Under the pieces are notes generated by a model that did not search any database, had not been told where the DNA came from, and saw only the letters and a list, made by a program, of their open reading frames with translations. From an uncultured Bacteroidales bacterium (lineage in GTDB: Bacteria; Bacteroidota; Bacteroidia; Bacteroidales; VadinHA17), in contig OW818650.1 of assembly GCA_942492865.1 (NCBI GenBank), positions 1,520,057-1,584,056 on the forward strand: 64,000 bases of DNA, given 5' to 3'. Shown here piece by piece: positions 38,735-49,797 of the stretch. Both the position numbers and the translations under genes were made by a program. How positions within the stretch are numbered: the first letter of the stretch is position 1; every line of letters starts with the position of its first letter.

Positions 38735-40114
38735 ATGTTTAAAAGGGAAGTTTATATTAGAAGGAGAGAAGAGCTCCATAAGAAGATGAAAACCGGAATT
38801 GCATTGTTCATTGGCAATCCTGAATCACCGGTTAATTATCCGGCCAATGCTTATCATTTCAGGCAGGATAGTGATTTTCTTTATTTTTTCGGACCTGATC
38901 TTCCAGGGTTCGCAGGGATAATGGATTTTGATTCGGGCAGGGATCTCCTTTTTGCCAATGATTTTGGAATGGACGATATAGTATGGATGGGCCCCCAGCC
39001 GCTGGTTAAGGATATTGCGCTTGGTTGCGGCATATCTGAAAGCTTTCCTATGTCAAAGCTTGATGATATGATCAGGGATGCGATTGACAAAAAGAGACAG
39101 ATACATTTTCTTCCTCCCTACCGCGGAGAAACAAAAATGACACTTGGAGCACTTCTAAAGGAGAATCCGTGCCAGATGAAAACTTTGGCCTCGGTCGATC
39201 TTATTAAAGCAGTTGTTTCGATGAGGGCTTTTAAGAGTGAAGAAGAAATTGAAGAAATAGAAAAAGCAGTTGATATTGCTTATGAAATGCATGTCACTGC
39301 CATGAAAATGTGTAAACCCGGGGTAAGCGAGCAGACTATCTTCGGAACTATTGAGGGAATTGCAAAGTCAAAAGGATGGGGAACCTCATTTCCAAGTATT
39401 ATCAGTATGAACGGGCAGACCCTCCATAACCATTACCATGGGAACATACTGGAAAAAGGCAGGCTGATGGTAGCTGACGCAGGCGCTGAGACAAATCTTC
39501 ATTATGCTTCAGATATCACAAGGACAACACCGGTGGGCGGGAAATTCAGTAACCAGCAAAAGGAGATCTATGAGATAGTACTGATGGCCAACAGTGAAGC
39601 CATTAAGGCTACTAAACCCGGACTGTCGCACCGTGATAATCATTTTATGGCCTGCAGGATCATTGCCTCCGGGCTAAAGGCGCTCGGACTGATGAAGGGT
39701 GATGTGGACGACATTGTTTCCAAAGGGGCCCATGCACTTTTCATGCCTCATGGTCTTGGTCACATGATGGGACTCGATGTTCATGACATGGAAGGTTTAG
39801 GCGAGAACTATTCAGGTTATAATGAAGAGGTAAAGCGCAGCGACCAGTTTGGAACAGCTTTTCTGAGGTTTGCACTGCCTTATAAACCCGGACACGTTTT
39901 TACCGTAGAACCGGGATGCTATTTTATTCCCGAGCTTATTGAACAATGGAAAGCTGAAAAGAAATTCAGCGATTTTATCAACTTCGACAGTATAAAAGCA
40001 TACATGTCAATAGGCGGGATAAGGATAGAAGATAATGTACTTATTACAGAAAAGGGGCACAAGGTTCTTGGAAGGCCGATCCCTAAAAGTGTTGCAGAAG
40101 TTGAAGCTGTTTAA
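38735..40114 (+). CDS. pepP: Xaa-Pro aminopeptidase (M24B)
   Basis: FRQDSDFLYF, VADAG, YASDITRT, PHGLGHMMGLDVHD, TVEPG, GIRIEDN. Confidence 0.9.
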   Translation: MFKREVYIRRREELHKKMKTGIALFIGNPESPVNYPANAYHFRQDSDFLYFFGPDLPGFAGIMDFDSGRDLLFANDFGMDDIVWMGPQPLVKDIALGCGISESFPMSKLDDMIRDAIDKKRQIHFLPPYRGETKMTLGALLKENPCQMKTLASVDLIKAVVSMRAFKSEEEIEEIEKAVDIAYEMHVTAMKMCKPGVSEQTIFGTIEGIAKSKGWGTSFPSIISMNGQTLHNHYHGNILEKGRLMVADAGAETNLHYASDITRTTPVGGKFSNQQKEIYEIVLMANSEAIKATKPGLSHRDNHFMACRIIASGLKALGLMKGDVDDIVSKGAHALFMPHGLGHMMGLDVHDMEGLGENYSGYNEEVKRSDQFGTAFLRFALPYKPGHVFTVEPGCYFIPELIEQWKAEKKFSDFINFDSIKAYMSIGGIRIEDNVLITEKGHKVLGRPIPKSVAEVEAV

Positions 40115-40116
40115 GA

Positions 40117-41520
40117 TTATTTATTCGAAGCTCTTCCCGGGAATACAGGAAGGCTTTCATGTCCTTCCCGATCGACCGACTGGATCCCGAAGAAGTAGTT
40201 ATCTTTTGAATACGGAACAGTAACTTCATTTCCGGTCACAAAAATTTTCTTCTCCCACAAAGGCTGTGAGGTCTCACGCATTAGCACATAGTATCCGGCA
40301 GGACTTTCGCCTTTTGAAGGAGCTTCCCAGCGGAGGGTTGTTTTGTTTGTAAGTCCTGTTACAACAATTCCGCAATTTTCAGGCTCATAAGGAGCAAGGG
40401 CAAGGCTGGCAATTGAAGCAAGATTGACTCCAGAATTTTTTCTGACATATTCAAAATCAACATTTTCGGGCAGATCTCCTTCACTTATGCCATTAACAAT
40501 GGCCGGTACTTTATGAGTTCTGTCGTAGTTTTCATTAAATTCACAGATCCTTACAGCAGGGAATCCGGCTTCAGCAAAAGGAGTATGATCACCGCCGCGC
40601 CCGAACCTGTCGTTTCTGTAAATCAGAGTTACATCGAGCTGTTCCACATATCTTTCGCCTATTTCTTTAATATACCTTGCAAGCTGCCTTGACCTGCTGT
40701 CATTCTCACCTGAGGTGTATCTCCGAAGGTCTGCCATCTGTTGAGTTTCGTAAGCAGGAATTCCTTCGCTGAACACTCTCACCCTCATATTGTCATTAAG
40801 AAGTGTTTCGCTCGATCCGCTGTTCCCTATCATATCGTTGTTCAGCATTGCAATAATGTTCCATTTTTCTTCTTTTGCTACCAGGGCCATTTTTTTAGAA
40901 CCATAAAGTCCATGCTCTTCACCTGAAACGGCCATAAAAACTATTGTAGCGGAAAATTTTCGTGAAGACATTATCCTTACCAGTTCCAGTATGGCAGCCA
41001 CACCCGAACCATCATCATTTGCTCCCGGTGCAAAGCTGGTACTGTCGTTTGGAAGGGTAGCGCGGGTGTCGAGATGTGCGCTTATAATTATGATCCTGTC
41101 ATCTGCGGGGTCGGTCCCTTTCAGGGTTGCTACAACGTTCTTAAGTGTGGTTGATTTTGGAATTCTTTCTTCCGGTCCTCCGGCAGTGTAATCCACAAGT
41201 TGCACGCTCAGCCTTTTGCCTGATGAAGGAATGCTTTTCTCCATTTCTGTCCTGATCCAGTTCCATGATGCACCGATACCTTTTACGGGATCGTTCTGAG
41301 AACTCAGGTTATGACGGGTGTGGAAGCTGACAAGTTTCCTTACGTGCTTTTCAAGATTTGCGGCTGAGATCTCATCAACCATTTTTTTTATTTCAGGATC
41401 CCGGTTTATTATTGTCTGTGCAACGCCTGAGAATGCAATAAACAGCATTATCAGGATCAGGCAGTACTTTTTTAAATTACCCTCCCAGGAGGGGTTAGGG
41501 GTGGGTTTCTTCACTTTCAA
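40117..41520 (-). CDS. M28 family peptidase with C-terminal FN3-like domain
   Basis: [29 protein letters not shown]; beta-rich C-terminus; start codon uncertain. Confidence 0.88.
   Translation of the reverse strand: MKVKKPTPNPSWEGNLKKYCLILIMLFIAFSGVAQTIINRDPEIKKMVDEISAANLEKHVRKLVSFHTRHNLSSQNDPVKGIGASWNWIRTEMEKSIPSSGKRLSVQLVDYTAGGPEERIPKSTTLKNVVATLKGTDPADDRIIIISAHLDTRATLPNDSTSFAPGANDDGSGVAAILELVRIMSSRKFSATIVFMAVSGEEHGLYGSKKMALVAKEEKWNIIAMLNNDMIGNSGSSETLLNDNMRVRVFSEGIPAYETQQMADLRRYTSGENDSRSRQLARYIKEIGERYVEQLDVTLIYRNDRFGRGGDHTPFAEAGFPAVRICEFNENYDRTHKVPAIVNGISEGDLPENVDFEYVRKNSGVNLASIASLALAPYEPENCGIVVTGLTNKTTLRWEAPSKGESPAGYYVLMRETSQPLWEKKIFVTGNEVTVPYSKDNYFFGIQSVDREGHESLPVFPGRASNK
41480..41505. 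repeat. REP-like GC-rich element CCCTCCCAGGAGGGGTTAGGGGTGGG
   Basis: CCCTCC/GGAGGG inverted repeat; the minus strand encodes PTPNPSWEG; resembles a dispersed Bacteroidetes intergenic palindrome. Confidence 0.6.
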
Positions 41521-42251
41521 TAAGCTTTATAATACTCCCTGAACAGTCGGGCTATATCCACCAGCTTGATATTTTTTGGGCACTCGGCTTCGCACGCCCC
41601 TGTATTGGAACAGTTACCGAAGCCCAGTTCGTCGTGTTTGGCAATCATGGCCCTTACTCTTTCTTTGGCTTCGACACGGCCCTGTGGCAGCAGTGAAAGC
41701 TGTGAGATCTTTGCAGATACGAACAGCATTGCCGATGCATTCTTGCAGGCAGCCACGCAGGCTCCGCATCCTATGCAGATGGCTGCATCGAAGGCCAGGT
41801 CGGAATTCTTTTTTGGAACAGGAATGGTATTTGCTTCAGGAGCCGAACCTGCATTTACCGAGATGAAACCGCCGGCAATCTGAATTTTATCAAAAGCCTG
41901 TCTGTCGACAATAAGGTCTTTGATCACAGGAAACGGTTTAGCCCTCCAGGGTTCGATCCATATTGTATCGCCATCATTAAAATATCTCATCGATAAATGG
42001 CATGTTGTAATCGAAGGCATCGGACCATGAGGGTGTCCGTTTATATACACTCCGCAGGAACCGCAAATTCCCTCGCGGCAATCGTGATCAAATGCAACCG
42101 GGTTGCCTCCCTCCTCAACCAGCTTTTTATTAAGGGCGTCGAGCATCTCGAGAAAAGCCATTTTTGGCGAAACATCCTCCATGAAATAAGTTTCAAAGCC
42201 GCCTTTGGCTTTGGCATTCTTCTGACGCCATATTTTTAATGTGAGCTTCAT
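41517..42251 (-). CDS. sdhB: Succinate dehydrogenase/fumarate reductase Fe-S subunit
   Basis: [35 protein letters not shown]. Confidence 0.95.
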   Translation of the reverse strand: MKLTLKIWRQKNAKAKGGFETYFMEDVSPKMAFLEMLDALNKKLVEEGGNPVAFDHDCREGICGSCGVYINGHPHGPMPSITTCHLSMRYFNDGDTIWIEPWRAKPFPVIKDLIVDRQAFDKIQIAGGFISVNAGSAPEANTIPVPKKNSDLAFDAAICIGCGACVAACKNASAMLFVSAKISQLSLLPQGRVEAKERVRAMIAKHDELGFGNCSNTGACEAECPKNIKLVDIARLFREYYKAY

Positions 42252-42310
42252 ATTATATATTTTTCTAAAATCAATTATATAAACTATAAGGTCTGTTGCT
42301 TTAATTAACT

Positions 42311-42367
42311 GGTTCGTGGTATGGGGTATGAGGTTCGGGGAAGAATTCGTATCCCGGGCCCCGTACC
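42311..42367. repeat. Imperfect heptamer repeats in inverted arrangement between sdhA and sdhB
   Basis: GGTTCGT GGTATGG GGTATGA GGTTCGG, then TCGTATC CCGGGCC CCGTACC. Confidence 0.7.
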
Positions 42368-42369
42368 TT

Positions 42370-44289
42370 TTACTTATAGCTTCTTACCTTCATTTCAACT
42401 TCTTCGAAGGTGAGTTGCTCTTTGTGCAGGATATGAGGTTTTCCTTCTCCTGCATATTCCCAAACTGACACGTAAGCATAATCCTTGTCATTCCTGAGAG
42501 CTTCACCGTCAGGGGTCTGGAATTCTTCCCTGAAGTGAGCCCCGCATGATTCTTTCCTGTTAAGGGCATCAGTAAGGAGCAGTATAGAAACTTCAAAATA
42601 GTCGGCAACTCTTCCGGCTTTTTCAAGCTCCTGATTCAGCTCATCACCGCTTCCGGGGATATTAAGATCTCTCCAGAACTCATCCTTCAGTTCATTAACA
42701 AGCCGGAGACCTTTTGTCAGACCTTCCTCGTTCCTTATCATTCCGCAATAGTCCCACATGATCTTACCAAGCTTTTTATGAAAGGATGCTGCAGTCTGTT
42801 TTCCCTTTATGGCAAGAAACTTACTGATCCTTTCTTTTACACCCTTTTCTGCTTCATCAAATTCAGGGAGGCTGGTCGATATTTTAGGAGTGCTTATTTC
42901 ATCAGCGAGATAATTTGAGATGGTGCCTGGAAGAATGAAATACCCGTCGCCCGAAGTTTGCATCAGTGAAGCTGCCCCAAGCCTGTTTGCACCATGATCG
43001 GAGAAGTTTGATTCACCGATGGCATACAATCCGGGTATTGTGGTCATTAATTCGTAATTAACCCATAATCCTCCCATTGTATAATGACCGGCCGGATAGA
43101 TACGCATAGGTTCTTTATAGGGATCTATCCCGGTAATGGTTTTATACATTTCGAAGAGATTGCCATATTTGCCTTCAATCACTTTTTCACCCTGCTTTTT
43201 TATAGCATCCCTGAAGTCAAGATTCACCGCGAGCCCTGTTTCGCCGACTCCATAACCGGCATCGCACCGTTCCTTTGCAGCTCTTGATGCTACATCACGC
43301 GGTACAAGATTCCCATAGGAAGGATAGCGTCTTTCGAGGTAATAATCTCTTTCATCGTCAGGTATGGTGTTGGCAGGCCTGTTATCGCCTTTCACTTTAG
43401 GAACCCATACCCGGCCATCGTTACGCAGAGACTCAGACATAAGAGTAAGCTTTGCCTGGAATTCGTTCAGCTGGGGAATGCAGGTAGGATGGATCTGTAT
43501 AAAACTCGGGTTTGCAAAAAAGGCGCCTTTTTTATGGGCCTTCCATGCGGCTGAAGCATTAGAATTGACTGCAAGGGTTGAAAGGTAATAGATTGTACCG
43601 TATCCGCCGGTGGCAAGTACAACTGCATGGGCTCCGTGCCTCTCTATTTCACCTGTGATAAGATTACGGGTGATTATGCCGCGTGCCTTACCGTCAACAA
43701 CAACGATATCAAGCATCTCACGGCGGGGATACATGGTCACGTTCCCCTTGCTGATCTGCCTGTTAAGCGATGAATATGCACCCACAAGGCATTGTTGCCC
43801 GGTCTGCCCTTTTGAGTAAAAAGTCCGTGAAACCTGCACTCCGCCGAAGGACCTGGTGTCAAGAGTGCCGCCATAATCACGTGCAAAAGGAACACCGAGC
43901 GCCGTATAATGATCGATAACCTCATTACTTACCTCTGCTGCCCTGTAAACATTGGCTTCACGCGACCTGAAGTCGCCTCCCTTTATCATATCATAGAACA
44001 GCCGGTAAACACTGTCGCCATCATTCTGGTAGTTTTTGGCTGCATTTATTCCGCCTTGTGCCGCAACAGAATGTGCCCTCCTCGGAGAATCCTGGTAGCA
44101 GAAGGTCTTTACCCTGTAGCCAAGCTCCCCAAGTGATGAAGAGGCACCTGCTCCGGAGAGACCCGTGCCGATGACAATAATCTCGAGTTTCTTCTTGTTG
44201 GCAGGGTTTACAAGTTTTACCGATGATTTATAATTGGTCCATTTCTGTGCCAGTGGACCTTCCGGTATCTTTGAATTGAGTTTATCCAT
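42370..44289 (-). CDS. sdhA: Succinate dehydrogenase/fumarate reductase flavoprotein
   Basis: [22 protein letters not shown] (FAD His), QIHPT, HYTMGG, HGANRLG. Confidence 0.96.
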   Translation of the reverse strand: MDKLNSKIPEGPLAQKWTNYKSSVKLVNPANKKKLEIIVIGTGLSGAGASSSLGELGYRVKTFCYQDSPRRAHSVAAQGGINAAKNYQNDGDSVYRLFYDMIKGGDFRSREANVYRAAEVSNEVIDHYTALGVPFARDYGGTLDTRSFGGVQVSRTFYSKGQTGQQCLVGAYSSLNRQISKGNVTMYPRREMLDIVVVDGKARGIITRNLITGEIERHGAHAVVLATGGYGTIYYLSTLAVNSNASAAWKAHKKGAFFANPSFIQIHPTCIPQLNEFQAKLTLMSESLRNDGRVWVPKVKGDNRPANTIPDDERDYYLERRYPSYGNLVPRDVASRAAKERCDAGYGVGETGLAVNLDFRDAIKKQGEKVIEGKYGNLFEMYKTITGIDPYKEPMRIYPAGHYTMGGLWVNYELMTTIPGLYAIGESNFSDHGANRLGAASLMQTSGDGYFILPGTISNYLADEISTPKISTSLPEFDEAEKGVKERISKFLAIKGKQTAASFHKKLGKIMWDYCGMIRNEEGLTKGLRLVNELKDEFWRDLNIPGSGDELNQELEKAGRVADYFEVSILLLTDALNRKESCGAHFREEFQTPDGEALRNDKDYAYVSVWEYAGEGKPHILHKEQLTFEEVEMKVRSYK

Positions 44290-44312
44290 GATCTATATTT
44301 TTTCTTTCAGAA

Positions 44313-44957
44313 CTACCTGAGCAGCCATATTGAAATTGAAATATAAGCGAATCCGGCAGGAATTGTTATTGAGTATATTATCGCAACCACTCTCACTACA
44401 GGTGTCCATATCCTGTGATTGAGCCCCATGGTCTGAAAAGCAGAGTAAAAAGCATGATACAGGTGAAGGCCAAGAATTGCAAAGCTGAAGAGGTAAATAT
44501 AGTTATAGGCTGGTATCTTGAAAAGATTATGGGCTATTGTATAAAAATCTTCAGGATTTCCGGGGACCAATCCTAGTTTTATAAAGAAGAAATTAAAAAA
44601 GTGGAGCACAAGGAAGGTAAGTACCACGGCGCCGGTCCAGATCATGAATCTTGAGAAAAATGATGTCTCTGATTTGTTTGTTTTTGCATAACCGACAGGC
44701 CTCGACATCCAGTTTTGTATCTGTATATAGATACCCCAGCATATATGAACAAGAATGGCAAGCATCAGTAAAACTTCCACAATTCTTATAAGAGGGAAAT
44801 TTGACATAAACTCGGCAGCTTTATTATAAACCTCAGGCTCGTTCCGTAGAAGTAAAAGATTTATCCCAAGGTGAACCGGCAGATAAATAAGCAGAAATAT
44901 TCCTGCCAGGGCCATGACAAATTTCTTGGAAATAGAAGAGAACAATAATTTCTCCAT
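44313..44957 (-). CDS. sdhC: Succinate dehydrogenase/fumarate reductase cytochrome b subunit
   Basis: SSISKKFVMALAG, His ligands in VHL, VHI, LHF, LHLYHAFYSAFQTMG. Likely start is ATG 44957; the track gives 45035. Confidence 0.93.
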   Translation of the reverse strand: MEKLLFSSISKKFVMALAGIFLLIYLPVHLGINLLLLRNEPEVYNKAAEFMSNFPLIRIVEVLLMLAILVHICWGIYIQIQNWMSRPVGYAKTNKSETSFFSRFMIWTGAVVLTFLVLHFFNFFFIKLGLVPGNPEDFYTIAHNLFKIPAYNYIYLFSFAILGLHLYHAFYSAFQTMGLNHRIWTPVVRVVAIIYSITIPAGFAYISISIWLLR

Positions 44958-45091
44958 TTGTATTAAGATATTTACAGATTTAGAGAGAGATGCAAAAATG
45001 CGGTTAAAGATAAAAATTATCAATTGTTTATCCAATTGGTTTGAACAAATAGAGGTTAGTCAACATGATATTTAACATAATCATTAAATAG

Positions 45092-45099
45092 TAACTTTG
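45092..45099 (+). promoter_or_regulatory. -7 element TAACTTTG upstream of the hydrolase
   Basis: Matches TAnnTTTG; implies the true start is ATG 45115. Confidence 0.55.
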
Positions 45100-45114
45100 C
45101 ATAAACCACAACAG

Positions 45115-45915
45115 ATGGAAGGATATTTTCAATACAGCAACAAACAGATCCGATATACAATTACAGGTTCGGGTAAGGTTATCGTTCTTCTCCATGGTTA
45201 TCTTGAATCCATTGAAGCCTGGACCGATTTTGCCTCAAAACTTGCAGAAAAATTCACAGTTATTTGCATTGATCTTCCGGGGCATGGGTTGTCGGGTGTT
45301 TACGGTGAAACTCATACTATGGAATTTATGGCGACCGCCGTTAATGAACTGCTTGCAGGTTTAGGTATAAAAAAGATCTTTCTTGCAGGCCATTCACTGG
45401 GAGGTTATGTTACTCTTGCCTTCCTTGAATTATTTCCTGATATCCTTACCGGGTATTGTCTTTTTCATTCTCATCCTTTTGCCGATCAGCCTGCAACAAT
45501 TGAGAAACGGAAAATGGAAATTCAATATGTTAAAGAGGGAAAGAAGAACATTATGTATTCCCTCAACATTGAGAAGATGTTTGCAGCAATAAATCTTTCA
45601 AGGTTTCCCCTGCAGGTAAAACGCTTAAAGGAGCTGGCATCTAAAACTCCCGACTATGGCATTACAGCAATGCTAAACGGAATGATGGCAAGGCCATCGA
45701 GGGCAGGTGTGATGGAGAAGGGCCTTGTGCCTTGCCTTTGGATACTGGGTGCTATGGATAGCCATATTCAACACGAGGAGATCCCGAAAAAAGTTAATCT
45801 GCCTGAAAATACCAGGGTTGTGGTCCTTAAAAATTCAGGACATATAGGATTTATTGAGGAAGAAGCTGAATCTCTGAAGGCTTTTACTGCGTTTATGGAT
45901 ATGGTGGAATATTAA
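45115..45915 (+). CDS. Alpha/beta fold hydrolase
   Basis: LLHGYLES, IDLPGHG, GHSLGG nucleophile elbow, SGHIG. Confidence 0.92.
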   Translation: MEGYFQYSNKQIRYTITGSGKVIVLLHGYLESIEAWTDFASKLAEKFTVICIDLPGHGLSGVYGETHTMEFMATAVNELLAGLGIKKIFLAGHSLGGYVTLAFLELFPDILTGYCLFHSHPFADQPATIEKRKMEIQYVKEGKKNIMYSLNIEKMFAAINLSRFPLQVKRLKELASKTPDYGITAMLNGMMARPSRAGVMEKGLVPCLWILGAMDSHIQHEEIPKKVNLPENTRVVVLKNSGHIGFIEEEAESLKAFTAFMDMVEY

Positions 45916-45926
45916 GACCGGAGCAA

Positions 45927-47528
45927 TCACTGAACAGCGCTGGCTTCGAGATATTCAACAGCCGATTTCAGTGTTGTGTCTATTTGTTCCCATATCGGGT
46001 AAAAACCCATGTTATCGAGAATATTACGGGCCACATACGCTTTGAGCTGAACGGATATTATCCTGCCTGAGATCATTAGTCCCTCCTTATCCTGTTCTAT
46101 TCCTTTGGCTGAGGCATATCTTACAAACTGATCAAGTAATCCCTGTTTATCAAGATATTTTTCCAGTTCATCGGCTTCCACGTATTTTTTCAGTTGTTCC
46201 CTGTTCACTTCTGTGTACTTCATTGCGAAGCTGAAGATCTGGGGCCTGACTTTCAGAAAATAGGGTGAAATGCCGCTCGTATCGACAGGTACGAACCTGT
46301 CGGGCATTATCCCTCCACCGCCATAGACAATCCTGCCTCCGGGGGTGGTGAATTTTAACGAATCGGGGAACTGGGTAGAATCGGATACTTCAAATTCTCC
46401 CCTTGCAATTCTATGTGAGAAGTCATTATAATAATCTTCAAATCCTTTTTCGTAAGGCTTCTGAATGGATCTTCCGGTAGGGGTATAGTATCTTGCAATG
46501 GTAAGCCTCATTCCTGAACCGTCGCTGAAAGAAACAGGTTCCTGAACCAGACCTTTCCCAAAAGAGCGTCTTCCGATGATTGTTCCACGGTCATTGTCCT
46601 GGATTGCCCCTGCAAGTATTTCGCTTGCCGATGCGCTGTACTCATCAATGAGCACCACCAGGTCTCCTGTTGCAAACTCACCCTTGCCTGTTGCCCTTGC
46701 TTCCTGCCTTGGCTGTTTTCTTCCCTCTGTATAGACAATAAGCTGTCCGCGTTTAAGGAACTGATTTGCAATCCTTATGGCGGCTTCCATTATACCTCCT
46801 GAGTTACCCCGCAGATCGACAATAAGCTTTGTCATTCCCTTATCCTTAAGTTCCGTAAGCTTATCCATGAACTCATCGTATGTTGTCATGGCAAAATTGT
46901 TGATCTTGATATAACCTGTATTCTTACTAACCATATAAGCTATATCTATGCTGTACATTGGAATTTTATCGCGTGTTATTTCAAAAGGAAGAAGATCCCT
47001 GTGTCCGTTACGTAATATTTTTATCCGAACAAGAGTTCCTTTGGGGCCCTTCAGCATGCCCATCACCTTTTCATCACTGATCCCTTTCCCGGCAACAAGC
47101 GAGTCGTTAACATAGAGTATCTTGTCTCCTGGGAGAAGGCCCAGCTTTTCAGACGGGCCGCCGGGTATTGTGCTAATTACCAGTATGGTGTCGGTCAGTA
47201 AGTTGAATGATATTCCTATCCCTTCAAAGTTTCCCTGCAAGGGTTCATTTGCCCTGGCAAGATCACTGGCAGGGATATAGACCGAATGCGGGTCCAGTTT
47301 TTTCAACATTGCAGGTATGGCAGCTTCAATAAGATCTTCACTGCCGACAGAATCAACATAATTGGTCTCAATAATGCTGATGATGTTCTTCAGCTTATCG
47401 TTTTTTGTTCTCTGCTGTGGTGCGACATTCCTCCCCGGCAAATAAACACCGATCATAATTCCTATTGCAACTGCAACCGATATAATTAACGGGAGATATG
47501 TATTTCTGCTTAAATTATTGTTCTTCAT
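45927..47528 (-). CDS. S41 family C-terminal processing peptidase (CtpA/Prc)
   Basis: LDPHSVY, PDZ (FEGIGI), DLRGNSGG, SASASEI, FGKGLVQ, LTIARYYTP. Confidence 0.94.
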   Translation of the reverse strand: MKNNNLSRNTYLPLIISVAVAIGIMIGVYLPGRNVAPQQRTKNDKLKNIISIIETNYVDSVGSEDLIEAAIPAMLKKLDPHSVYIPASDLARANEPLQGNFEGIGISFNLLTDTILVISTIPGGPSEKLGLLPGDKILYVNDSLVAGKGISDEKVMGMLKGPKGTLVRIKILRNGHRDLLPFEITRDKIPMYSIDIAYMVSKNTGYIKINNFAMTTYDEFMDKLTELKDKGMTKLIVDLRGNSGGIMEAAIRIANQFLKRGQLIVYTEGRKQPRQEARATGKGEFATGDLVVLIDEYSASASEILAGAIQDNDRGTIIGRRSFGKGLVQEPVSFSDGSGMRLTIARYYTPTGRSIQKPYEKGFEDYYNDFSHRIARGEFEVSDSTQFPDSLKFTTPGGRIVYGGGGIMPDRFVPVDTSGISPYFLKVRPQIFSFAMKYTEVNREQLKKYVEADELEKYLDKQGLLDQFVRYASAKGIEQDKEGLMISGRIISVQLKAYVARNILDNMGFYPIWEQIDTTLKSAVEYLEASAVQ

Positions 47529-47985
47529 AAATATCTTTTTCCAGATCTATAAATACCATTTCAATGCCTGCCCTTTTAAGTAGCTCAAGACCGTCAACAT
47601 TATGATACCTGTTGCTGTAAACAACCCTCTTTATGCCCGATTGTATTATCAGCTTCGAGCATTCCATGCAGGGAGAAGAGGTAATATACAGGGTTGAATC
47701 CTCACTTGAGTTATTTGATTTTGCAACTTTTGTGATTGCATTTGCCTCAGCATGCAGAACGTATGGTTTTGTCACATTGTTATCATCTTCACATACATTC
47801 TCAAATCCGGCCGGCGTACCATTGTAACCATCTGATATGATCATTTTTCCCTTCACAATAAGGGCGCCTACCTGCCTTCTCCTGCAATAGGAGTTCTGAG
47901 CCCATATATGAGCCATTTCGAGATATCTTTTGTCAAAAGTTTTCTGTTTGGTTCCATAGGGACGCAGAATACTTTTTAACGGCAT
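47515..47985 (-). CDS. dCMP deaminase family protein
   Basis: GYNGTP, HAEANAI, PCMEC. Confidence 0.93.
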   Translation of the reverse strand: MPLKSILRPYGTKQKTFDKRYLEMAHIWAQNSYCRRRQVGALIVKGKMIISDGYNGTPAGFENVCEDDNNVTKPYVLHAEANAITKVAKSNNSSEDSTLYITSSPCMECSKLIIQSGIKRVVYSNRYHNVDGLELLKRAGIEMVFIDLEKDIYEEQ

Positions 47986-48014
47986 ACTTAAAGATTTACG
48001 GATTTTAAAAGGCT

Positions 48015-48022
48015 CAAAGTTA
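48015..48022 (-). promoter_or_regulatory. -7 element TAACTTTG upstream of the dCMP deaminase
   Basis: Matches TAnnTTTG. Confidence 0.55.
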
Positions 48023-48152
48023 ATGATTTTTTGTCTTTTGCTAATAGGCTTGTGAGCACAATGCCAATAAAACTGTTTGTATGAAAGGAAATGATAACTT
48101 TAAGTTCCCCCTTGGAGCATTCAAACATGTCAGAAAATAATTATAAGGGACT

Positions 48153-49064
48153 ATGAAAGACCCAAAAGAAAATATCACCCGTAATAACACTATGAAAGGC
48201 AGAAACCTCCTTATAACCATTGTGCTGAATATGGCAATCACCATAGCACAGGTTATTGGCGGACTTATAGCAGGCAGTATGGCCCTTATAACAGATGCCA
48301 TCCATAACTTCAGCGATGTTCTCTCATTGATTATCAGCTATACGGCTGCCAGAATATCGGGGCGTAAACATACCCTTCGTCAGACTTATGGTTACAAGCG
48401 GGCCGGTATTTTTGCCGCATTTATTAATACTGCGACTCTGCTTGTTATCGGTGGCGTTCTGATCTGGGAGGCAGTAACCAGGCTTATAGATCCTCAGCCT
48501 ATAGATGGTGGCATAGTAATCTATCTGGCCGGACTGGGGATTTTGCTGAACGGACTGAGTGTACTGCTGATCAGGACTGATGCGGCAAAAAGCATGAATA
48601 TGCGCTCGGCGTACCTCCACATGTTTATGGATATGATGACCTCTATGGCTGTCCTTCTGGGAGGTTTGGCAATTAAATATTTAGGCTGGAACCGTGTTGA
48701 CGGGGTACTGACTATATTAATTTCAATTTATCTTATCTACAGCAGCTGGGGTCTTTTCTATGAGTCAGTCAGAATCTTTATGCAATTCACTCCCTCAGGT
48801 ATCGATATAGAGGAAATTGCCGCTAAAATCACTGCTATTGAGGGAGTTAAGAATCTTCACCATGTGCACGTCTGGCAACTCGATGATCAGGAGCTTATGA
48901 TGGAGGGACATATCGATCTTGATCATGATTTCACGATCTCACAGTTTGAGAAAATCCTTGAAAAAGTTGAAGTAATCCTTGAAAGTTACAGCATCCATCA
49001 TTTCAATATCCAGCCGGAACTGGAAAGGGAGGACCAGAAAGAGCTGATCATCAGGAAGCATTGA
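48153..49064 (+). CDS. Cation diffusion facilitator (CzcD-like)
   Basis: DAIHNFSD, TYGYKR, AYLHMFMD, HHVHVW, HHFNIQPE. Confidence 0.94.
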   Translation: MKDPKENITRNNTMKGRNLLITIVLNMAITIAQVIGGLIAGSMALITDAIHNFSDVLSLIISYTAARISGRKHTLRQTYGYKRAGIFAAFINTATLLVIGGVLIWEAVTRLIDPQPIDGGIVIYLAGLGILLNGLSVLLIRTDAAKSMNMRSAYLHMFMDMMTSMAVLLGGLAIKYLGWNRVDGVLTILISIYLIYSSWGLFYESVRIFMQFTPSGIDIEEIAAKITAIEGVKNLHHVHVWQLDDQELMMEGHIDLDHDFTISQFEKILEKVEVILESYSIHHFNIQPELEREDQKELIIRKH

Positions 49065-49089
49065 TGAAGGGAAATGTTCAGTTAATATA

Positions 49090-49797
49090 TCATGTGAAAG
49101 ATTCTTTTACAAACTGCAACAGGTTCTCTTCAGTTCTTATTATCATGTCGGGGCTTATCGACTGGTAATGTATTTCGGCATTGTAGTGATCTTCTGCCCT
49201 GGTCATTTTGACTTTAATGTTATTGCCTGAAATAATCCATGGAAGTTCAAGCATCCGTTTAAGGAGCATATCCTGAATTTTTTCAGCAGGGTATTTCGAA
49301 CCGATCTTCAGATTGATCACCCTTCCGATATATTTTCCGCTTTCGGATGGCTTTTTTATATTTTCATTTATTAGTCTTGTATAGGTTACACAGACTTCCT
49401 CTCCATCGCCTGTTACAATCTGCATTGACCGGAAACCAAGTTTCTTTATTGTCCCGTTAATAATGGATGTGTCAATCATCTGGCCCGGCTCAAAGGCATT
49501 ATCAGCTTTGAGAATGATACCTGATACGATATCACGCAGCAGATACCACCCGGTAATGGCAACAATTACTGTAACAAGCCCTGCCGCCAGAAAATCGTAG
49601 TATTTATAATCCCTGAATAACTGATAAAAAGCCCAGAAGGAAAAGGAGAACCATATAACCACTTCGACAACAGGAACGATACGGAGAAAGAACGTCCTGA
49701 CTTTAGTCTTTCTGATGAAGACGAAAATGATCCATCCGGCGGCTTTTAAAACTAAATAGAGTGCAATTGCAAATGCCAGGATTTTAATATATGTCAT
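49090..49797 (-). CDS. Small MscS-domain (mechanosensitive channel-like) protein
   Basis: Three N-terminal TMs, LRDIVSGII, FEPGQMI..GTIKKLGFRSMQIVTGDG beta domain; ATGA overlap with the upstream gene. Confidence 0.75.
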   Translation of the reverse strand: MTYIKILAFAIALYLVLKAAGWIIFVFIRKTKVRTFFLRIVPVVEVVIWFSFSFWAFYQLFRDYKYYDFLAAGLVTVIVAITGWYLLRDIVSGIILKADNAFEPGQMIDTSIINGTIKKLGFRSMQIVTGDGEEVCVTYTRLINENIKKPSESGKYIGRVINLKIGSKYPAEKIQDMLLKRMLELPWIISGNNIKVKMTRAEDHYNAEIHYQSISPDMIIRTEENLLQFVKESFT

